Virus record (IMG/VR): IMGVR_UViG_3300031974_005002
Coordinates: 1-59,332 of that record
Reading direction: 5' to 3' (one strand)
Length of the DNA: 59,332 bases
Source of the DNA: a virus
Lineage: Duplodnaviria > Caudoviricetes
Each line of letters begins with the position of its first letter. The first letter of the stretch is position 1. Under the pieces are notes generated by a model. It was not told the DNA's origin. It saw nothing but the letters and a program-made list of their open reading frames with translations, and ran no database searches. Below are positions 54,293 to 59,332 of the stretch, piece by piece. A program made the translations under genes and the position numbers.

Positions 54293-55859
54293 CTTCGTCA
54301 GGGGCTATGTCGCCAACCCTCATTTGATCAGCCATGTCTCTTAAGTCTCCAATTTCTTCTACGCAAAAATTATCTATCCTTAATAATATAGCGTTAGATT
54401 CAACGCGATTATTTCCTACAGCATCTCCGTTATCATCTAAAGATGGTATTAATACTGGTTCTGTAGCCCTTAACCTATCTTCCCCTAAAGTTCTGTTCTT
54501 GATGCATTTTAAACGATGTGTTGCCCTAGAATAACTATCGGGTTCAGTCTGCAATTCAATCGGGACTCTTGGGCGCAACAAGAATAAATGAGATGCAAAC
54601 TGAGTTATTTGGTCAGATAAAGAAACGATACTTTCATCGTCTATAATTGCATCTGGATTTCTATTACCTGTGATACCAGAACGATTACTTTGAACACTAG
54701 TGATCATGCTGATGCATTGACGATTATTAAATACTACATCTTTGTGAATAAACCTTTTGAATTTATCCACCATTTCTCCAATTAACTCCCAAGATGCTTT
54801 ATTTTTATTTGTTTTTTCGTTTGTTGGTTTTATGTAATCAAAACTTAATATCATTTTATTACCTCGCCCAACTTTAGAATAATAATATCTACGAGCAACC
54901 TGTATCATTTCATCAACAGATAAACCTCCAACATTAAAATAATCAAACCTTCTGTCTTTCATGTCTTTAAAGGCTTTCCTTACTTTTTGTTTAGCTTGCT
55001 CTGCTGAAACTTCTTGTCTAGTATTGGGGTCAATGTAGCTAGAACTTCTCCACTTTCCACTTTGTATTAAATACATTGGAACACCAGACATAGCAGAGCA
55101 TTGTCGCATTTGGAGTTCTAGTTTGCTCATTTCACCATTATCAAAATGTAAAATAGGGATGTTTTCGTGAGCCGCAGAAACTTTTGTAACAAAATCCAAG
55201 CAGAAAGTAGTTTTACCAACGCCTGTTCTAGCGCAAATAACTGTAACATTTCCGGGAACTAATAAAGAACCATACATTCGATTTAAATAAGGCATGTCGG
55301 GAGCCATCATGCCCGGTTCTTCAGGGTTGTCAGCCAAATCCTCAACAACATCTTCGAGGTCATCATAAATATTCTCAGGAACAACATGATCTTTAGAATA
55401 AAAACTTATTTTATCGTTATAGATTTGATCTGCCTTTGATATTATCTCAGGCAAGGAGTGCGAATTATCTCCTCGCATCTCTTTTGAGATTTCGGTGCAG
55501 GTCTCTATTATTGATAATCTAGCTGAGTAGGTTTTTAATTCCTTTGCTATTTCAATTACAGAATTTTTTGAAACCTTGATTAATAATAAAGAGGAGAGGT
55601 ATTCATCTATATTAATATTATCAATAAAAGATATATTATAAGACTTTAACCTTTCTGATAAAATTGCTTGGTCTAAAGTTTCTACATGACCATTTTCTTG
55701 TATTTTCTTTATTATTTTGAAAATCGTTGCATGAACAAAACTTCCTCCACCAGTATAAAAATCGGACTCATCAATCAATCCAACTATATCGCTATAGGTG
55801 GATGGATATTGCATAAGACCCGAAAGCAACTGTCTTTCTAGCTTCCTTGAATCAATCAT
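54273..55859 (-). CDS. dnaB: Replicative DNA helicase
   Basis: ERQLLSGL N-domain, ARTGVGKT, NGEM, FDYIK, VQSNR, KNR motifs. Confidence 0.9.
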   Translation of the reverse strand: MIDSRKLERQLLSGLMQYPSTYSDIVGLIDESDFYTGGGSFVHATIFKIIKKIQENGHVETLDQAILSERLKSYNISFIDNINIDEYLSSLLLIKVSKNSVIEIAKELKTYSARLSIIETCTEISKEMRGDNSHSLPEIISKADQIYNDKISFYSKDHVVPENIYDDLEDVVEDLADNPEEPGMMAPDMPYLNRMYGSLLVPGNVTVICARTGVGKTTFCLDFVTKVSAAHENIPILHFDNGEMSKLELQMRQCSAMSGVPMYLIQSGKWRSSSYIDPNTRQEVSAEQAKQKVRKAFKDMKDRRFDYFNVGGLSVDEMIQVARRYYYSKVGRGNKMILSFDYIKPTNEKTNKNKASWELIGEMVDKFKRFIHKDVVFNNRQCISMITSVQSNRSGITGNRNPDAIIDDESIVSLSDQITQFASHLFLLRPRVPIELQTEPDSYSRATHRLKCIKNRTLGEDRLRATEPVLIPSLDDNGDAVGNNRVESNAILLRIDNFCVEEIGDLRDMADQMRVGDIAPDEDGDFTL

Positions 55860-55902
55860 AAGGAGCTATGATAGCAGATAAGAAATGAAATGTCAAGCAA
55901 AT

Positions 55903-56178
55903 TTATTGAATAGGGTCGTCCCCTTTATAGATTTCAGCCTCTTCAGATTCAATAATATACCTTTCGATAGCTTTGCGCAAACCCATTTCTACTATTTGGT
56001 TATCCGCTTTAGTATAAACCATTGGGGATCCATTTTGATTGACAAAAGCTAGTAAAAAACCTTTATTGCCATCTGTAGAACCAGAAAATTCAAAAAGTTG
56101 ATCTAGGAAAGACTGAGGCAGAACGAAATCGCGCAAATTATTTTCATCGAAATCTTCATTAAAATTTTCATCACTCAT
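55903..56178 (-). CDS. Hypothetical protein
   Basis: 91-aa ORF; GTGTA motif 9 nt upstream. Confidence 0.7.
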   Translation of the reverse strand: MSDENFNEDFDENNLRDFVLPQSFLDQLFEFSGSTDGNKGFLLAFVNQNGSPMVYTKADNQIVEMGLRKAIERYIIESEEAEIYKGDDPIQ

Positions 56179-56195
56179 ATAATTATATACACTTA

Positions 56196-56621
56196 TTAAA
56201 GGTAGACGCCAAATTTTGCAAATGTTTTTTTATTTAAATCTTTTTTTATAGAGCCTTGTTTGTCAGTATAAATCTCAATTAATTTTATATCATTTAATTC
56301 ACAGAAATCTCTTTTTTGCTGATCTCTTCTAATATGACTTACAAAGCCAGCGCGAGTTTTATGAAAGAAAGGTGTGAATTGGTCGTGTTGTTTGCCATGT
56401 ATCTCAACAGCGACTTTTTTATTAGCGTTGTAAAAATCAAAATTTAATCTGCTGCCCGCAACAGGGAATTCCTCAAACACGACATGATTGATCCAATACT
56501 TTTTTAAGTATTGTTTGGCGTCGAATTGGATTTTACTTTTGCTTTTGGAATCCCAATCAATTAGGTACTTGCTAGCCCTAGTGATTCTTTTTTGAGAACC
56601 TGTTAGGGTTTTGAAGATCAT
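56196..56621 (-). CDS. Vsr/DUF559-like endonuclease
   Basis: DFY...AVEIHGKQH...RD..K..FC..NDIKLIEI. Confidence 0.8.
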   Translation of the reverse strand: MIFKTLTGSQKRITRASKYLIDWDSKSKSKIQFDAKQYLKKYWINHVVFEEFPVAGSRLNFDFYNANKKVAVEIHGKQHDQFTPFFHKTRAGFVSHIRRDQQKRDFCELNDIKLIEIYTDKQGSIKKDLNKKTFAKFGVYL

Positions 56622-57715
56622 TGACAGACTATCTTTTTGAAATAAGAAGTTAAGAATTTAGATAACTTTTTATTTTCTTCGAACAGAGCGCCTAATTTAG
56701 CTTCTCCTTGTATTTTTTCTGGAAACTCTAGATCGTTTTCTTTTAGCAATTCAATGAAAGATTCGTCAGCAGTTATCCATGCGCCTCTTTTGTGAATATA
56801 TTCCCAACCATAAAGCATATCAATCAATTCTTTTTCTATCCATACTGAATTACCTTGAGTTCTGCCATATCGTATTGGATATTGTAAAGTATAATTACTT
56901 TTTTCATTCGGCGATTTTTTAACAGTAATCTTCGCGTGATGACCTAGAATTTTATTTTTATCTTTATCTATTGGTTGAGTGGGATTTTCTAATATTAGAT
57001 CTTTTTTATGCCGAGCTTCAAACTCTATAATATAATTAGCAAAGTGAAGTAATGCATTACCACCTGTAGCACTAGTTTGACGTATTGGAGCTTTAGTGTA
57101 AGGGTCTAATTTTATATCAGCACGAACTTGAGATATGAAAATAGCCATGTGACCTCTTTTAGCTAAAGCTATACTCATCTTTTGCATGAACTTAGCACCT
57201 AATAAAGCGCCGCCAGCAACTTTATGGGCATCTTGAAAATCTTTTTTAAGATCTTCTTTCATGATTAGTCCATCAAGAGAATCTAATATAAAACAGTATT
57301 TAGTTTTATTTTTATTATCACCAACCAAAGCTCTCATAAGATCAAGAACTGTTTCATAAATATTACTTTCAAAAACAAAACAATTTCCATCGGACCAATC
57401 ATCTTCTTTAATGCAAAAATCAACTCCACTACGCTCTTGCATTTCGGGAGATAGGCGTCCTTCAGCTTTTATATACAAACCTCTCGTATTCGGCATCACA
57501 AGAAAGTTTTTCATAACCTCTAAAGCTTCTGAGGTTTTACCCCCTTCGTTCATACCAACAAATCTGTGCAAGCCCGGCCCGAAACCGCCGCCAAGCTCAA
57601 AGTCTACATTTAGACTTCCACTAGAAACTTTATAGTCAATAGTTTCTTCGTAATTATAATGATGTTCCTTATTTTCTTTAAGGAAAGATTTTAACATTTC
57701 ATTTGCTTCACTCAT
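56618..57715 (-). CDS. recA: RecA/UvsX-like recombinase
   Basis: SSGSLNVDFELGGG, GMNEGGKT, ILDSL, FISQVR, TGGNALLHFA motifs. Confidence 0.85.
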   Translation of the reverse strand: MSEANEMLKSFLKENKEHHYNYEETIDYKVSSGSLNVDFELGGGFGPGLHRFVGMNEGGKTSEALEVMKNFLVMPNTRGLYIKAEGRLSPEMQERSGVDFCIKEDDWSDGNCFVFESNIYETVLDLMRALVGDNKNKTKYCFILDSLDGLIMKEDLKKDFQDAHKVAGGALLGAKFMQKMSIALAKRGHMAIFISQVRADIKLDPYTKAPIRQTSATGGNALLHFANYIIEFEARHKKDLILENPTQPIDKDKNKILGHHAKITVKKSPNEKSNYTLQYPIRYGRTQGNSVWIEKELIDMLYGWEYIHKRGAWITADESFIELLKENDLEFPEKIQGEAKLGALFEENKKLSKFLTSYFKKIVCQ

Positions 57716-57717
57716 AA

Positions 57718-58266
57718 TCAATAAAAGTCCCAGATATTTTTTTTCTTTTTTACTCTCTGGGTTATTTTCTCTGGTTTGTATTCGTATTTAAATTCAGTAT
57801 ATTTATCTGACGCCTGAAATTCAAAAAATTTTTTATCTAAATTTATTTTAGCCTTGCCTAGGAATAAAAGTAAGTCATCTTTTGGTTCGCCGAAATCAAC
57901 ATATAACCAAAAGTCAACGTTTGGATAATCATTAAACATTCTTTTTAATGTTTTAGATTGCTTTGCTATAGAATACTTATCTTTTAAAACGTTTGGCTTT
58001 AATAAGCGCCGTAATATTTTAAATATATTATTAGAAAAATAAAAAGAAGAGACAAACTCATCAACAATTTTTGGATCAAGTGGTTTTTGATCTTCTGTTT
58101 TATTGTAATCTTTTGGCCATTTTCCTGTTTTTAAATTTGTATACCAATTGTATACAGTACTTGATTTGTAGCCCGCTTTTTCTGCACACTCTTTGAGTGT
58201 TGAGGACGGATTAGACTTGGAAATTTTAATCACATCGTTCAATAATGAGTTACAGATTTTTTGCAT
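57718..58266 (-). CDS. Hypothetical protein with N-terminal HTH
   Basis: TLKECAEKAGYKSSTVYNW; start revised to MQKIC downstream of TTGACA at about 58300. Confidence 0.6.
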   Translation of the reverse strand: MQKICNSLLNDVIKISKSNPSSTLKECAEKAGYKSSTVYNWYTNLKTGKWPKDYNKTEDQKPLDPKIVDEFVSSFYFSNNIFKILRRLLKPNVLKDKYSIAKQSKTLKRMFNDYPNVDFWLYVDFGEPKDDLLLFLGKAKINLDKKFFEFQASDKYTEFKYEYKPEKITQRVKKKKNIWDFY

Positions 58267-58336
58267 TGTTTTAATTTTAGCATTTTTTGTTGGAAATGTC
58301 AAGACTTTTTTATCATAATAGTGTATCTTTATTAGA

Positions 58337-59164
58337 ATGAAAACTAAAAGAAAAATTCTTATCATGGGTTTGCCGGGTTCTGGTAAAACTACGCTGGCTG
58401 AAAAGCTGGTTCCTAGACTTAACGCCGTGTGGTTTAATGCTGACGCAGTAAGACAAGAAATTCATAAAGATTTAGGGTTTTCTGAGGAAGATAGAATAGA
58501 ACATGCTAGAAGAATGGGCAAGCTTGCTGATTGGGCCGCATTAGGAGGAGGATATGTAATATCTGATTTTTGTTGCCCAACAGAAGAAGCGAGAAAAGCA
58601 TTTAATCCTGACTATGTTATATGGGTAAATAGAATTGAAGAAGGTAGATATGCTGACACCAATAAATTATTTGAAGACCCAACAAAAGACGAGAGATGGG
58701 ATGAAAGAGATTTAATTTTAACAGACGGCACTCCTGATGAATGGTGCTCGGTTGCATTAGAAAATATTTATGCAACAGAAAAATGGGACAACCAAGCTCC
58801 AACAGCTTTACTAATTGGTCGCTACCAACCTTTTCATGTTGGCCATAAAACTTTAGTAGCAGAATCTGTAAAAAGAACTGGCCAATGCTGTATAGCATTA
58901 CGAGATGTCGGGGGTATTGACGAAAAAAACCCATACGATTTTGAAAAAGTTAAAGCAGAAATTCACGCCGCTTGTGTCGAATTTGGAGATAAAATTAAAG
59001 TTGTTGAACTTCCAAATATAACAGACGTCTTCTATGGAAGAGGAGTTGGATATAACATCGAACAACTTGAATTAAGTAAAGAGCTTCAACAAGTTTCTGC
59101 AACCAAAATTCGCGCAGGAGAAATTGGTCAAGACGGAAAACCTTTGGGTAAAAGACCTGAATAA
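58337..59164 (+). CDS. cysC: Adenylylsulfate (APS) kinase fused to an HxGH nucleotidyltransferase domain
   Basis: MGLPGSGKTT, NADAVR, DLGFSEEDR (APS kinase); GRYQPFHVGH and SATKIR (nucleotidyltransferase). Confidence 0.82.
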   Translation: MKTKRKILIMGLPGSGKTTLAEKLVPRLNAVWFNADAVRQEIHKDLGFSEEDRIEHARRMGKLADWAALGGGYVISDFCCPTEEARKAFNPDYVIWVNRIEEGRYADTNKLFEDPTKDERWDERDLILTDGTPDEWCSVALENIYATEKWDNQAPTALLIGRYQPFHVGHKTLVAESVKRTGQCCIALRDVGGIDEKNPYDFEKVKAEIHAACVEFGDKIKVVELPNITDVFYGRGVGYNIEQLELSKELQQVSATKIRAGEIGQDGKPLGKRPE

Positions 59165-59200
59165 TTAACTCTGTTAGGTAAAACTAACCCTCCAAAAGAA

Positions 59201-59226
59201 AAAGCCTCCTAGCAATAGGGGGCTTT
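59201..59226 (+). terminator. Hairpin terminator (possibly bidirectional)
   Basis: AAAGCCUCCUA-GCAA-UAGGGGGCUUU followed by U-rich sequence. Confidence 0.8.
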
Positions 59227-59332
59227 ATTATTTAGATTTTTTAACTGCTTGTATAAATTTTAATACCTTTTCTGTTTTGAAATCTCTTTTTCCTAAATTA
59301 CAAAATTGTGTTACAAACTGTACATTACCTTG

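Larger units (their letters stand above)
1..59332. mobile_element. Segment of a large dsDNA bacteriophage genome (early, auxiliary-metabolism and replication regions)
   Basis: rIIA/rIIB pair, dense co-oriented small hypothetical ORFs, HNH endonuclease, phage-style replisome cluster and auxiliary metabolic genes. No rRNA, ribosomal protein operons or structural genes recognised in the window. Confidence 0.93.

Noticed and set aside
428-58934. Many ORF-track ORFs antisense to or nested in longer genes (e.g. 428-643, 6358-6615, 22638-23057, 44209-44520, 47053-47502, 58617-58934)
   Set aside because: Shadow frames with Ser/Phe/Leu-rich composition, no promoter motif, and overlap with well-supported genes.
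1-59332. Alternative genetic code as the reason for the many short ORFs
   Set aside because: Long conserved genes are intact in the standard code, TAA, TGA and TAG all end credible genes, and the short ORFs have their own starts and promoters.

Overview
AT-rich segment of a large lytic dsDNA phage genome, almost all genes on the minus strand. Positions 1-21 kb hold an early/host-takeover region: rIIA/rIIB, SprT, UvsE and dozens of small hypothetical ORFs, many with their own TTGACA-N17-TAnnnT promoter. Positions 22-44 kb hold RuvB, an HNH endonuclease, two sigma-like factors, a glycan sulfation/modification cluster, a porin, dUTPase and a nuclease. Positions 44-59 kb hold ClpC and a bacterial-type replisome (split DnaE, DnaQ-like exonuclease, primase, DnaB, RecA), GuaC and a CysC fusion. 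The standout is a candidate RNA-guided system. An IS110/TasR-like RuvC (DEDD) protein apparently lacking the recombinase serine loop (27893-28903) sits next to a 3-unit, 66-nt-period array of dual-internal-loop hairpins (28947-29133). Each unit carries two variable 6-nt segments framed by UC...UC. A second 2-unit array of the same architecture (139-277) lies 28.7 kb away behind a perfect promoter. All seven stem mismatches in the five units become G-U pairs on the minus strand, which indicates a structured RNA. It resembles TIGR-Tas but with a different repeat grammar. Family assignments come from motif recognition by eye, not from database searches.
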